Program-made: the position numbers and the translations under genes
DNA from: Deltaproteobacteria bacterium
GTDB taxonomy: Bacteria > Desulfobacterota > Syntrophia > Syntrophales > JAIPED01
Direction of reading: 5' to 3'
Assembly (NCBI GenBank): GCA_021737325.1
Contig: JAIPED010000002.1
Location: forward strand, 1 to 59,297
Length of the DNA stretch: 59,297 nucleotides
In this document: piece by piece, positions 8,386-18,372 of the stretch
Layout of the letters: the number at the start of each line of letters is the position of its first letter
Position numbering within the stretch: position 1 is the stretch's first letter
The notes under the pieces: generated by a model
What the model was told of the DNA's origin: nothing
The model's input: the letters and a program-made list of their open reading frames with translations, nothing else
The model's database searches: none

Positions 8386-9969
8386 TTAAATAATTGTAAT
8401 ACTAGGGATATTTGCTTGCGTTTTTTGGTCGTGTTGTAGCGCGAGGGGGATACTATCTAAGAGATCGCTCGCAATCATTCCACTTTCGCCCTTGCTTTTG
8501 CTAGCAAGGTCCCCCGCCAATCCGTGGATATAAACGGCCTTGCGTAGCGCTTCCTCAAGGGAAAGCCCCGCACCATACATCCCCGCGATAATCCCCGTGA
8601 GAACATCGCCGGTTCCTGCCGTCGCCATTCCCGCATTTCCTGTAAGGTTGATGAATATGCGACCATCGGGAGAGGATATCAGAGAATGTGGGCCCTTCAG
8701 AACAATGTGTGCTCCCAACTCGCGGGATAACCTGCCAACCACGGCAACCCGATTAGCCTCCACCTCCGCAACGGTGATTCTGGCCAGACGGGCAATTTCT
8801 CCCGCATGGGGGGTGATTATTGTTGGTAGCGTTCTTTTAAGCGTGGGGGCGTTGGCAAGAGCGCTAATTGCATCGCCATCAATAACTAACGGGCATTTAA
8901 TTTTTGCGATCAGGGCCTGCGCCAACGCTTGTGCTTGCGGAGCCAATGACAGGCCAGGGCCAAGAATTACCATCCCTGCTCGTTCAGCAAGCGCCAGAAT
9001 GGTGGGGAGCTCTGTTAAACTTAAAGCGCCATCCTGCCCCTTGCAGGGGAAGACGACAATCTCGGGACACCGAAATGCCACTAGAGAAATGACATCAGGT
9101 ACGCTCGCCAAGGTGGCGTATCCCCCACCTGAGCGTAAAAAAGCAGCGCCCGCAAGATAGGCGGCACCGCGGTAATTGTTACTTCCGGCGACTATCAATG
9201 CGGTCCCGACGCTTTTTTTGTGTGCCTGTGGCAAACGGGGGGGGAGGGGAAGATATTCGTTGATGGAGATTTTTAACGCCTGGGGGTTTTGGTATGACAG
9301 CGGAAAAGAAATCCGCGAAAGATAAATTTTGCCACAGTGCTCAAAACCTGGGCTCAGCAGGAGCCCCAACTTGGGCAGCCCCAAGGTAACTGTAACATCG
9401 GCGCGAATCGCTTCCCCCATGATTGCTCCCGTGTTGCCGTTTATCCCCGACGGGATATCAACACTCACCACTAGGTTTTTTTTATAAGTTTTGGGAGGCG
9501 GAGTTTTGGCATCGTTTATCGCTCGGATGATTGCCGCAAAGATACCTTCCACGGGACGATCAATCCCCGTACCCAACAACGCATCCACAACAATATCGAC
9601 ATCCTTTAGCGATTCTTGGATATCGGCGGAGGAGAGGGCATGGAGCAGGGGGATTGCGACAATATTGGAGAGCGCTCTGAGGTTAGTTTTTGCGGCACCC
9701 GTGCATTTTGCGGGATTGCCAACAATTAAAACGCGCACCTTGACCCCCAGGCTGTGGAGTTGCCGCGCTATCACCAAGCCATCACCGCCATTGTTACCTG
9801 TTGAACAGACAACAAGTGTTTGGCTGGTGCGAAGATCGGGTTTAATGGCTAGGAGTAACCGTGCTACGGCTATTCCGGCATTTTCCATTAAAACTTCTTC
9901 GGGGATGCCAAGCTCGTTAATTGCGGCGTAATCCAGTGCCTGCATTTCCGCGACGCTAACAACCTTCAT
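8386..9969 (-). CDS. nnr: Bifunctional NAD(P)H-hydrate epimerase / ADP-dependent dehydratase
   Basis: YjeF_N motif TGNNGGDG and C-terminal kinase-fold motifs GPGLS and GTGDVLTG; 527 aa. Confidence 0.88.
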   Translation of the reverse strand: MKVVSVAEMQALDYAAINELGIPEEVLMENAGIAVARLLLAIKPDLRTSQTLVVCSTGNNGGDGLVIARQLHSLGVKVRVLIVGNPAKCTGAAKTNLRALSNIVAIPLLHALSSADIQESLKDVDIVVDALLGTGIDRPVEGIFAAIIRAINDAKTPPPKTYKKNLVVSVDIPSGINGNTGAIMGEAIRADVTVTLGLPKLGLLLSPGFEHCGKIYLSRISFPLSYQNPQALKISINEYLPLPPRLPQAHKKSVGTALIVAGSNNYRGAAYLAGAAFLRSGGGYATLASVPDVISLVAFRCPEIVVFPCKGQDGALSLTELPTILALAERAGMVILGPGLSLAPQAQALAQALIAKIKCPLVIDGDAISALANAPTLKRTLPTIITPHAGEIARLARITVAEVEANRVAVVGRLSRELGAHIVLKGPHSLISSPDGRIFINLTGNAGMATAGTGDVLTGIIAGMYGAGLSLEEALRKAVYIHGLAGDLASKSKGESGMIASDLLDSIPLALQHDQKTQANIPSITII

Positions 9970-9978
9970 GGGGGTTCC

Positions 9979-11343
9979 TTAACTCACCAGGATTTTATTC
10001 TTTCTGTTTTCCTTATAGTTTTTCCACAAAAAGACCACCAACAGCAGAAAAAGGCACAGTGCTAGCGTTACAAGATAAACTACATCAGGGTTGACAATTG
10101 CCAACGGTTTAAATGCGGGATTATAGGGAGAATCCACCAAAAAACGGGCGGTAACCTTGGGTAAACTATCAAAGAAAATAACGGAAACGATCGCGGCAAT
10201 AACGCTAACCCCCATCAGAAGACCGATAACCCATGTCATCTCCTCATGGAAGCAGTTCCTTAAGGCCATCGCAATGGTGATGCAGATAAAACCACCCCAA
10301 CAAAAACCTAACAGCAGGAGCATCACGGAAAAGGCATAGAAGTTGCCGACAAATAACAGAGAAAAGATCACGACTGTTGCCAGTGTCGCACAGATGACGA
10401 GCATCCTTGGCTTTTCCACATCATTTTCGGCGTTTTGCATGAACAGGCCCCAGGAGAGAGCCCCCAACGCCGGGCTGAGGGTGACTATCCAAAGGAGCAT
10501 TTCCCCTTCAGTAATTGCCCGCATGGCGATTTTTAACGGGATGATCCCGCCACCACCAAGGTCAGCGTCAGCCAGTCGGTGTCCTTGCCAAAGTGAAGAA
10601 GCATTTACCAGGATGGGCAAGATGGCAATGCCCGCGAGAAAAGTGATAAAGGTGATGGTAAGCAACATACGGGTGGTGCTGTCCGTACGCCTTTGCTTGG
10701 GGGAGAGCATGGAGAGAGCAAGGGCGAGGGGATTGGATGGGATATTTTCCCCTCTGTACCTTAAAGCTCTCTCCGTTGTTTCCGTGGGAGAGCGTTGCAA
10801 CCAAAAATAGGTAATAAAGAGGCATAGAGAATAAATGATGCCCAAAACGAACAATGCCTCATTGCCTAGGGCTATTTGTAAGAATTGCTGAAGGAAAGCA
10901 AAAAACGCTCCCGAAGAGAAAAAAATAAAGAGCACCACTCCAATGGCGGCAGGAAGGTGGTTGTGCGTCCAGCCGAAGCCTTTTGCACAGATAATAGGAA
11001 AGAGTAATCCAAAACCACAAAAGGAGGCGATAAGTAGCAACATGGGGATGATGGGCTGGTTAATAAAAGCGCCAACAAAGAAAGGGGAAACAACAAGCAA
11101 AGAGCCAGCAATGATAATTTGTTTTTCATCATGACTTTCGCAAAGTGTGGCGGAGGATAACAGCCCCAAGGCAAAGGACACCATAAAGCCGATAAGCAAC
11201 GAGTAGGGCAAAACTTCTCCTGACTCAAAGCAATGCCATACATCCCCGACAAGGATGTAGGCGCTTGTTGTGCCTATGACGAACACTCCCAGCGCTGTCG
11301 CAATAAGGGGTTTTATTCTTTCGGTTGTCGTCATTTGTGTCAT
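9979..11343 (-). CDS. Polytopic membrane protein (about 12 hydrophobic segments, MFS-like layout)
   Basis: The call rests on the hydrophobicity pattern only, with two halves separated by a charged loop (RALRYRGENIPSNP...QRRTDS). No family motif is recognised. Confidence 0.5.
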   Translation of the reverse strand: MTQMTTTERIKPLIATALGVFVIGTTSAYILVGDVWHCFESGEVLPYSLLIGFMVSFALGLLSSATLCESHDEKQIIIAGSLLVVSPFFVGAFINQPIIPMLLLIASFCGFGLLFPIICAKGFGWTHNHLPAAIGVVLFIFFSSGAFFAFLQQFLQIALGNEALFVLGIIYSLCLFITYFWLQRSPTETTERALRYRGENIPSNPLALALSMLSPKQRRTDSTTRMLLTITFITFLAGIAILPILVNASSLWQGHRLADADLGGGGIIPLKIAMRAITEGEMLLWIVTLSPALGALSWGLFMQNAENDVEKPRMLVICATLATVVIFSLLFVGNFYAFSVMLLLLGFCWGGFICITIAMALRNCFHEEMTWVIGLLMGVSVIAAIVSVIFFDSLPKVTARFLVDSPYNPAFKPLAIVNPDVVYLVTLALCLFLLLVVFLWKNYKENRKNKILVS

Positions 11344-11399
11344 CTGTATTCTTCCATCTATCTGTAGATTTTTACCGCGATGTTTATGATTGCCACAGA

Positions 11400-12608
11400 C
11401 TATGCGCCAAATTTCAGTAGTCGTCCGGCGTTCGCCAAAGCAAGCGCCATCAGCTTCTTCATGGGTATTTGTCCCATGCTACCCCCGAGGCAAGCTCTTT
11501 CACCAAAAGAAGCAACCATATCGGGGCGACAATTTTTTGCGTAAAGCAGAGCAGGGACTGGATGCCAAGAATGTCCCCCTAGTACTGCGGGGGTAGAATG
11601 ATCTCCCGTAACAACGAGCACATCGGGTTGTAAATCAAGTATTTGCGGTAAAAGGCGATCCACGCGTTCAATTGTCTCAACCTTGGCGGCAAAATTGCCG
11701 TCTTCTCCGCGGGAATCAGTTTCCTTGATGTGGAAAAAAAAGAAATCATAGTCGTTAAAATTGGCCACCAGCGCCTTCATCCCCTCATCCATGTTGGCAA
11801 CATTAGTGGCGACATCCATTCCTATAAGTTGTGCGATGCCGCGATACATTGGATAGTAGGCAATTGCCAAAGAACGCATCTTGTAGCGCTCTTGCATGGA
11901 GGGATAACGACGATACTTAGCATAGCCACGAAGTAGTGGGATGTGCACCTTCTGCTCATGGGAGAGCAACTTGCGTGCTTGCGCAATAATTTCTTCCATA
12001 ACCAGAGCGCAAGACTCCGCATCTGTGGTCAACGGGCTTGGCGGCAGAGGGGCTAGTCCAGTTTTTTGTGGGTCGGTTTCTGCTAGTTCCTCGCTGAGAT
12101 TCCCCCCCCTAAGCACCATTAGGGCACGGTGTTCTCGAACGGGTGCAAAAAAAACTTCAACAGCGGTATGGGGAATTTTGATGGAGCGCTGTAGCATTTC
12201 ACAGATGGATGCACTGGCGCTGGTTTCTATCCTTCCGGCTCGGCGATCGCTGATAGTTCCATCGGGAAATAGCGAAGCAAAGTTTACCCTCACGAGCAAA
12301 TCCCCCTCACGCATGGGGAAACCAATTCCCGCGCCTTCTAACAATCCCCTGCCAACATTATTTTCCTGCGGGTCGTAGCCAAAAAGCGCAAAATGGGCAG
12401 GGCCGCTTCCTGGTGTAATTCCCGCACCGATGGGATCCAACAAACCACAAATGCTTCTTAGCGCTAAGGCATCAAGATTGGGGGTTTGCGCCGCTTCCAA
12501 TTCCGTTTTACCCGCTTCGTTGGGTATCCCTCCGAGCCCATCCATGATGAGGAAAACTATCCTGCTCTTAGCCACAGTAGCCAGCCCGCTTACAATGTCT
12601 TTGCCCAT
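11400..12608 (-). CDS. apgM: Cofactor-independent phosphoglycerate mutase, archaeal-type (ApgM family)
   Basis: FLIMDGLGG near the N-terminus and VVTGDHSTP metal-site motif; about 400 aa. Confidence 0.8.
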   Translation of the reverse strand: MGKDIVSGLATVAKSRIVFLIMDGLGGIPNEAGKTELEAAQTPNLDALALRSICGLLDPIGAGITPGSGPAHFALFGYDPQENNVGRGLLEGAGIGFPMREGDLLVRVNFASLFPDGTISDRRAGRIETSASASICEMLQRSIKIPHTAVEVFFAPVREHRALMVLRGGNLSEELAETDPQKTGLAPLPPSPLTTDAESCALVMEEIIAQARKLLSHEQKVHIPLLRGYAKYRRYPSMQERYKMRSLAIAYYPMYRGIAQLIGMDVATNVANMDEGMKALVANFNDYDFFFFHIKETDSRGEDGNFAAKVETIERVDRLLPQILDLQPDVLVVTGDHSTPAVLGGHSWHPVPALLYAKNCRPDMVASFGERACLGGSMGQIPMKKLMALALANAGRLLKFGA

Positions 12609-12634
12609 GGGTATTCCTCTAAACGCTGCTTGTG

Positions 12635-14047
12635 TTATTCGTACTTGAGGTGGGTGAGTTCCTGTTGTCCTATGGGGAACACATTGAAGCCCAACTCAAA
12701 ACATTTTTTATGGTCTAGGATGTTTCTGCCGTCGAAGATGAAGGCAGGCTTGCGCATCTTTTGAAAAACCTGCGCATAATCTATTTTGCGGTAGATATCC
12801 CAATCGGTCATCACCACCAGAGCATCGGCATCCCTTGCCGCGTCCAGCGGATCAGCGATATATTGGATTGCTTCGCCATAGCCTGCGAGATCAATCTTGG
12901 CGTTGTCGTTCGCCTGCGGGTCGGAGATCGTTACCATCGCATTTTCCGCAAGGAGTTTGTGGGTGAGGTATTTAGCAGGGCTTTCACGGGTATCGCCGGT
13001 ATCGGCCTTAAACGCGAAGCCGTAGAGGCATATTCTTTTACCCGACATTGTGCCAAGCATTGCTTTTAACATCTTAGAAAAAAAGCGGCCCAACTGATAC
13101 TCGTTGATCTTCACCACACTTTCCCAGTAATTGGCCACTTCTTCCAAACCGTAGGAGCGGCAAAGATAAACGAGGTTAAGGATATCTTTTTTGAAGCATG
13201 ATCCCCCAAAACCTATTCCCGCATTGAGGAATTTTGCGCCGATACGGGAATCCGCACCGATTGCCCTGCTGATTTCACGGACATCGGCTTGGGTTTTTTC
13301 ACATAGAGCGGAAACAGCGTTAATGGAGGAAACCCGTTGGGCCAGAAAGGCGTTGGCTACGAGCTTAGAAAGCTCGCTACTCCAGATGTTGGAAGTGATG
13401 ATGCGCTCACGGGGAACCCACTGGGCATAGATATCCACCAATGTTTGTCTGGCGGTTATTCCCGTTGGCGTTTCCCTGGAGCCGATGAGGACTCTATCGG
13501 GGTTTTCTAAATCTCTAATCGCAGTTCCTTCCGCCAAAAATTCTGGGTTGGAGAGGACCTCAAAATGGACACCACTACGGGGTGACGAAAGAAAGATGTT
13601 CTCCATTGCCTGCGCTGTTTTTACGGGGATGGTACTCTTTTCAATGACAATTTTAGAGGAACGAGAATGCGCAAGAATATCACGTGCGGTGCGCTCTAAA
13701 TACTGTACATCAGAAGCCATGCCTGCGCCTTCGCCAAAGGTCTTGGTGGGGGTGTTGACGCTGACAAAAATTATTTCACTATCGCGGATCCCTTGAGGAA
13801 TATCCGTGCTAAAAAAAAGGTTTTTCCCCCGACACTGCTTGACGATGGCATCCAATCCCGGCTCGTAAATGGGCAGCTTATCGGAGTTCCATCCCCGTAT
13901 TCGGTCTTCGTTGATATCCACAACGGTTACCTTGCATTCGGGACACTTGGCGGCAATCACCGCCATTGTTGGGCCTCCTACATATCCTGCACCGATGCAC
14001 AGGATGCTCTTGGCGAATTTCATGTCGTATCGCTCCTTAAAAGACAT
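12635..14047 (-). CDS. ugd: UDP-glucose 6-dehydrogenase
   Basis: Rossmann motif CIGAGYVGG and catalytic motif [10 protein letters not shown]. An alternative start at 14023 (MKFAKSIL) would remove the overlap with the upstream gene. Confidence 0.9.
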   Translation of the reverse strand: MSFKERYDMKFAKSILCIGAGYVGGPTMAVIAAKCPECKVTVVDINEDRIRGWNSDKLPIYEPGLDAIVKQCRGKNLFFSTDIPQGIRDSEIIFVSVNTPTKTFGEGAGMASDVQYLERTARDILAHSRSSKIVIEKSTIPVKTAQAMENIFLSSPRSGVHFEVLSNPEFLAEGTAIRDLENPDRVLIGSRETPTGITARQTLVDIYAQWVPRERIITSNIWSSELSKLVANAFLAQRVSSINAVSALCEKTQADVREISRAIGADSRIGAKFLNAGIGFGGSCFKKDILNLVYLCRSYGLEEVANYWESVVKINEYQLGRFFSKMLKAMLGTMSGKRICLYGFAFKADTGDTRESPAKYLTHKLLAENAMVTISDPQANDNAKIDLAGYGEAIQYIADPLDAARDADALVVMTDWDIYRKIDYAQVFQKMRKPAFIFDGRNILDHKKCFELGFNVFPIGQQELTHLKYE

Positions 14048-14985
14048 ATTTCTTCAAAGTATTTGATGGTCTCCCTGAGACCTTGTTCCAGTTTTATCCG
14101 TGGCTCCCAACCCAACACAGTCTGCGCGCGGGAAATATCAGGACGGCGGCGTTGCGGATCATCAGCGGGGAGCGGCTTGAAGACAATTTTTGCTTGCGAC
14201 TGGGTAAGACGCAGAATGGTGCTGGCCAGGTCAAGCACACGCTCCTCGGCGGAGTTACCGATATTGACGGGCAGGCAACCAATTTGTTCGCTTTCCATTG
14301 CTATCAAAATGCCAGCAATAAGGTCAGAAACAAAGCAAAATGAGCGGGTCTGTTCGCCCGTTCCATAGATGGTGATGTCTTCTCCTGCCAACGCCTGCAC
14401 GATAAAATTGCTCACCACCCGACCATCATTTTTAGCCATCCTGGGGCCATAGGTGTTAAATATCCGCACGATACGAATATCCAAGCCTTTTTGCCTATGA
14501 TAATCCATCATCAAACATTCAGCGGCGCGTTTACCTTCATCGTAGCAACCACGAATTCCAATGGGATTTACATTTCCCCAATATTCTTCCCGCTGAGGAT
14601 GGCATAGTGGGTTGCCATAGACTTCGGATGTTGATGCCAGTAGCACCTTGGCGTTGATTTTTGTGGCCAGCTCTAAAACCTGTGCAGTGCCGATAAAATT
14701 CGTGCGGATAGTCTTAACAGGGTTGTGCTGGTAGTGTACGGGACTTGCCGGGCACGCAAGCGAATAAATCTCAGCAATATCAAATTGCCCCAGCCCAAGA
14801 GGTTCCGTTACATCGCGGCGGATAAACTCGAAAGAGGATTCCGGTGCGAGATGGGCAATGTTCTCCATCCTACCGGTGGAGAGATCGTCAAGGCAGAGTA
14901 CACTTTTACCCTGCCGGAGCAAAGCATCGCAAAGGTGTGAACCTAAAAACCCCGCTCCCCCCGTAACCAAGGCGGTTTTTTTCAT
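14020..14985 (-). CDS. UDP-glucuronate decarboxylase (UDP-xylose synthase-like SDR)
   Basis: [12 protein letters not shown] and the YDEGKR catalytic YxxxK. The start is taken at [10 protein letters not shown]; the track ORF extends to 15039. Confidence 0.85.
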   Translation of the reverse strand: MKKTALVTGGAGFLGSHLCDALLRQGKSVLCLDDLSTGRMENIAHLAPESSFEFIRRDVTEPLGLGQFDIAEIYSLACPASPVHYQHNPVKTIRTNFIGTAQVLELATKINAKVLLASTSEVYGNPLCHPQREEYWGNVNPIGIRGCYDEGKRAAECLMMDYHRQKGLDIRIVRIFNTYGPRMAKNDGRVVSNFIVQALAGEDITIYGTGEQTRSFCFVSDLIAGILIAMESEQIGCLPVNIGNSAEERVLDLASTILRLTQSQAKIVFKPLPADDPQRRRPDISRAQTVLGWEPRIKLEQGLRETIKYFEEICLLRSDTT

Positions 14986-15122
14986 CAATTTATTATCCTG
15001 AAAGAAAGATGATTTTCTGGGGCAAGTTAAACCGCCCAAGACGGCGAAGCTCGTGCCATAGAAGTCTTTTGCTTGTCAAACCCTAAAGGTATCGGTAAGC
15101 GCCCAGATGTCAGGAGGACAGG

Positions 15123-15974
15123 ATGAGCAAAAACGAAGAAGTGCGAGGAAAATTGTTCATTGTCGCTAGCCCGATAGGGAATCTCCGCGATATCACCCTG
15201 CGAGCGATAGAAGTTCTGGGTTCTGTGGCGCTTATTGCTGCCGAGGATACCCGCCATTCGCGAAAACTGCTCTCCGCCTATGGAATAAAAACAAGGTTGG
15301 TTTCGGTCAACGCCCACAGTGAGCGGGCAAAAAGCGCGTTACTGCTCAAGGAAGCCCTCCTGGGGAAAGATATCGCCTACCTTTCGGACGCGGGGACACC
15401 AGGAATATCCGACCCTGGTTATTTGCTCATCAATGGTGCGATAGCCAGCGGCATACAGGTTATTCCCATTCCTGGAGCTTCCGCTGGGGTTGCCGCTTTA
15501 AGCGTATCGGGATTACCCATGCACCGTTTTCTCTTTGTCGGTTTTCTCCCCCACAACGGCAACGCCAGGAAGAAAGCCTTGCAAGAGTTGCGAACCAACG
15601 GGGAAACACTCATTCTTTACGAAGCACCCACCCGATTGTTGGCGTTGTTGCGCGATGCTCTGATGGTTATGGGAGATCGAACGGCCTTTATTGCTCGCGA
15701 GATGACGAAGATCCACGAGGAATTGCGCAGAGGCCTGTTAAGCGAATTGCTATCCGTTTTTTCCGATAGAGAAGTCATCAAGGGGGAGGTTACTCTCATC
15801 ATTGCTGGTTGTCAGGAAAGAGAAGCCGACATTAGCGAACAAGGATTAAAAAAAATGGTGCGGCAGTTGATGGAGGAAGATTCGCTTTCGCATAGCCAAG
15901 CGACACGCACAATCAGCGAAAAGACGGGCATTTCACGAGGTGTGATCTATCGTCTGCTGCTGGATGATAAGTGA
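15123..15974 (+). CDS. rsmI: 16S rRNA (cytidine1402-2'-O)-methyltransferase
   Basis: Tetrapyrrole-methylase fold motifs SPIGNLRDITLRA and DAGTPGISDPG. Confidence 0.9.
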   Translation: MSKNEEVRGKLFIVASPIGNLRDITLRAIEVLGSVALIAAEDTRHSRKLLSAYGIKTRLVSVNAHSERAKSALLLKEALLGKDIAYLSDAGTPGISDPGYLLINGAIASGIQVIPIPGASAGVAALSVSGLPMHRFLFVGFLPHNGNARKKALQELRTNGETLILYEAPTRLLALLRDALMVMGDRTAFIAREMTKIHEELRRGLLSELLSVFSDREVIKGEVTLIIAGCQEREADISEQGLKKMVRQLMEEDSLSHSQATRTISEKTGISRGVIYRLLLDDK

Positions 15975-16095
15975 TGGCTGTGTTGAAGTTATTGTCCCAC
16001 CATGGAGCAATAACCCCAGAGCGGCAAAATTTACCTATTGGAAAAAACGGTTTTGTGTTACCCCGCCACGCAGATGACAAGGAGGTCTGAGCGCT

Positions 16096-16386
16096 ATGGA
16101 TGTTCTTGAATTAACGGATGTTGTTGATACCCCCCAAGGCATTAGCGAGGATCCTATGTTGGAGGTCATTCGTGAAGAAGTGCGGAACTTTGTGAAGCGT
16201 TCCTTTCCCGAAATTGCCTCCAGGATTGTTCGGGAAGAGGTTATATTTTATTTGAGGCGGTCGGCGAAGGAAGTTGTTGAGGAAGTTGTTCGTGCGGAAG
16301 TGCGTGAAATTGTCCGCCGTTCTTTTCCTGAAGTTGCTTCCGCGATTGTTCGTGAAGAAATAGAGAGGATAAAACAAGAAGGGTGA
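16096..16386 (+). CDS. Small acidic/basic repeat protein with an internal 27-aa duplication
   Basis: LEVIREEVRNFVKRSFPEIASRIVREEV (aa 22-49) is repeated as EEVVRAEVREIVRRSFPEVASAIVREEI (aa 62-89). A strong RBS AAGGAGG lies upstream. Confidence 0.6.
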   Translation: MDVLELTDVVDTPQGISEDPMLEVIREEVRNFVKRSFPEIASRIVREEVIFYLRRSAKEVVEEVVRAEVREIVRRSFPEVASAIVREEIERIKQEG

Positions 16387-17018
16387 TGCAGCGGTTTTTT
16401 AGTTGTTTATTTTGTTGTTGTCTTGCTCTTCTGTGTAGTGCCTGTGCGGCTACCTGGGGCGCTAAAGGGTTGGTTAAGGACTCGGAAACATCTTTGTTGC
16501 TAGTCTTGCCAGTGAGCGGCGGGGATCCTTGGGAAAAGGAGTCCTCTTTTATCCGCTCAGCATTTATCGCGGAATTAACGCTCGCAGGTTATCGGTGTTT
16601 GTCTCCCAGCCTGATTGACGGAGTTATCAGAAATGCCACCAAAGAGGCTGAGGTTAACAGTGATGATTCCGTGGCCATCGTCAAGATCAGCGAAAGGGGC
16701 ATCGCTGTTTCCCCGAGCATTCCTCTCAAGGTTATTGCGGATAAGCTCTCCGCCGATGCCATTTTTCACATTGAAATTGTAGAAGCGACAAGGACAACTT
16801 CTGTTTTTAGCGCTTATTACCGCCTGCACATTCGTTTTCAAAAGCGCAGTGCTCGCACTGGCGAAAAACTCTGGGCCAGAGAATATAACGAAAGCGACAG
16901 CGTTTGGGGTTTTAACAAGCTACGCATGAAGACGGAAAACACCATCGGTTATAGCAACGCTTTGAGCACAATCATCCGCCGCGCCGTCATCGATTCAAAA
17001 AAGGGAGAGATGGATTGA
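16383..17018 (+). CDS. Putative lipoprotein
   Basis: An N-terminal hydrophobic signal has a lipobox-like LLCSAC. The start overlaps the previous stop (GTGATG). Confidence 0.55.
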   Translation: MMQRFFSCLFCCCLALLCSACAATWGAKGLVKDSETSLLLVLPVSGGDPWEKESSFIRSAFIAELTLAGYRCLSPSLIDGVIRNATKEAEVNSDDSVAIVKISERGIAVSPSIPLKVIADKLSADAIFHIEIVEATRTTSVFSAYYRLHIRFQKRSARTGEKLWAREYNESDSVWGFNKLRMKTENTIGYSNALSTIIRRAVIDSKKGEMD

Positions 17019-17575
17019 TGTTTTCTCGCGCCAACATCTTTACCCTCCCGAATATACTGACGCTAATAAGGGCTCTTATCGCGCCGTTTGTCGCCATTGG
17101 TATCGCTACCGAGCATTTTGTGCAGGCTTTAGCGTTACTTGTTGTTGGAGGGCTTACCGATATTTTCGACGGTTGGCTGGCCCGTCTCACTAAAAGAGAT
17201 AACCAGCTCGGGGCGTATCTTGACCCGATAGCCGATAAACTACTTATCCTTGCCTGCTATGCAGGGTTGCCGTTTGTGGGCTTGATGCCTTTTTGGCTCT
17301 CATTTCTGATTATTGGAAGGGATGTACTGATCGTTGGCGGTTTTGCCTTGTTACAAATTTTACAAGCCCCCATTAGGGTGTTGCCTACTAAAATAAGCAA
17401 AATTACCACCGTGTTTCAAATAGCAACGGCTTTTTACCTGCTTTTGCCAATGGCGGTTACCCTTTCCCCCATACCACAGCTTGTCCATGCTCTTTTTATT
17501 ACAACGGTGTTATTGACCATCGCTTCGGCGGTTGTTTACATCATGATTGGCTGGCGCGCCTTTAGCAACAGATAA
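17015..17575 (+). CDS. pgsA: CDP-diacylglycerol--glycerol-3-phosphate 3-phosphatidyltransferase
   Basis: CDP-alcohol phosphatidyltransferase motif DGWLARLTKRDNQLGAYLDPIADK. Confidence 0.85.
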   Translation: MMFSRANIFTLPNILTLIRALIAPFVAIGIATEHFVQALALLVVGGLTDIFDGWLARLTKRDNQLGAYLDPIADKLLILACYAGLPFVGLMPFWLSFLIIGRDVLIVGGFALLQILQAPIRVLPTKISKITTVFQIATAFYLLLPMAVTLSPIPQLVHALFITTVLLTIASAVVYIMIGWRAFSNR

Positions 17576-17595
17576 AATTCCCACCAAAATTACCC

Positions 17596-18309
17596 TCAAT
17601 CTTTCGCTGTTTTTTCCAGCAAATCTTCAATGCGAGGAAACTGGGCGAGCGCCTTCAGCGTCATCAAGGTGGGATAAACGAGCGGGAACTCATTCCGGCT
17701 ATGGCGCAAAAGCATCTCTCGTGGCGGAAGCCAGATGTGGGCAACAAGCTCTCGTCCATCGTGAATGGCCAGTTGTTGGTCAGGCATGCGTGCGACGAAG
17801 AATTGAGCGTCGTAGCGAATAGGGAAAAAGGGTGGGGTTACCCAACGGGCAAAAGAGAAAAGCCCCGAAATTGATGGCGTTAGCTGTTGTTCGCTGAGCA
17901 TTTCAGAAAAAGCATTTCTTTCTCCCTGTAGAAGCCTTTGGCGATATGTGCCGAAGCGTTCTGGGATTGTTGTAGCAGAGGGAGAAATTTCTCTATGTGC
18001 CATCAGGATGCCCATTTCTTCAAAGGCTTCTCTGATGGCGGCTATTTTCAGCGCCAGTGCTTTTTTGTTACGCCCCTTGGCTAAGGGGAACAACGCATGG
18101 GCAATATCATTGTCTTCAACATCCAAAGCTCCTCCCGTAAAGACATAGGCGCCAGGGACGAACTCGCTATGCTCGCTACGCAAGCCCATCAACACTTCCC
18201 AACCATTTTCTCCTTCGCGGACAAAAATTATGGAACCGGCTAATTTGGCTTCGGGAAATGTGCGCATTTTACTCTCTCCGTGGTTAAAAGCTAACACAGC
18301 AAAGAACAA
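17596..18309 (-). CDS. NUDIX hydrolase
   Basis: Nudix-box core REAFEEMGI preceded by GGALDVED. The start is uncertain; an alternative is MRTFPEAK at 18267. Confidence 0.7.
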   Translation of the reverse strand: MFFAVLAFNHGESKMRTFPEAKLAGSIIFVREGENGWEVLMGLRSEHSEFVPGAYVFTGGALDVEDNDIAHALFPLAKGRNKKALALKIAAIREAFEEMGILMAHREISPSATTIPERFGTYRQRLLQGERNAFSEMLSEQQLTPSISGLFSFARWVTPPFFPIRYDAQFFVARMPDQQLAIHDGRELVAHIWLPPREMLLRHSRNEFPLVYPTLMTLKALAQFPRIEDLLEKTAKD

Positions 18310-18372
18310 AAACTTTACAACTATTTTTCACCATAGTAGCGGAAGGCGCAACGCCAAGGAGGTCATTAATTC

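Noticed and set aside
8540-9160. Long antisense ORFs inside well-supported genes (for example 8540..9160, 13793..14368, 23543..24282, 41114..41686, 44655..45131, 51771..52259, 57778..58233).
   Set aside because: Each lies opposite a gene with strong family motifs. Their translations are Ala/Arg/Ser/Pro-rich or otherwise compositionally typical of antisense frames.
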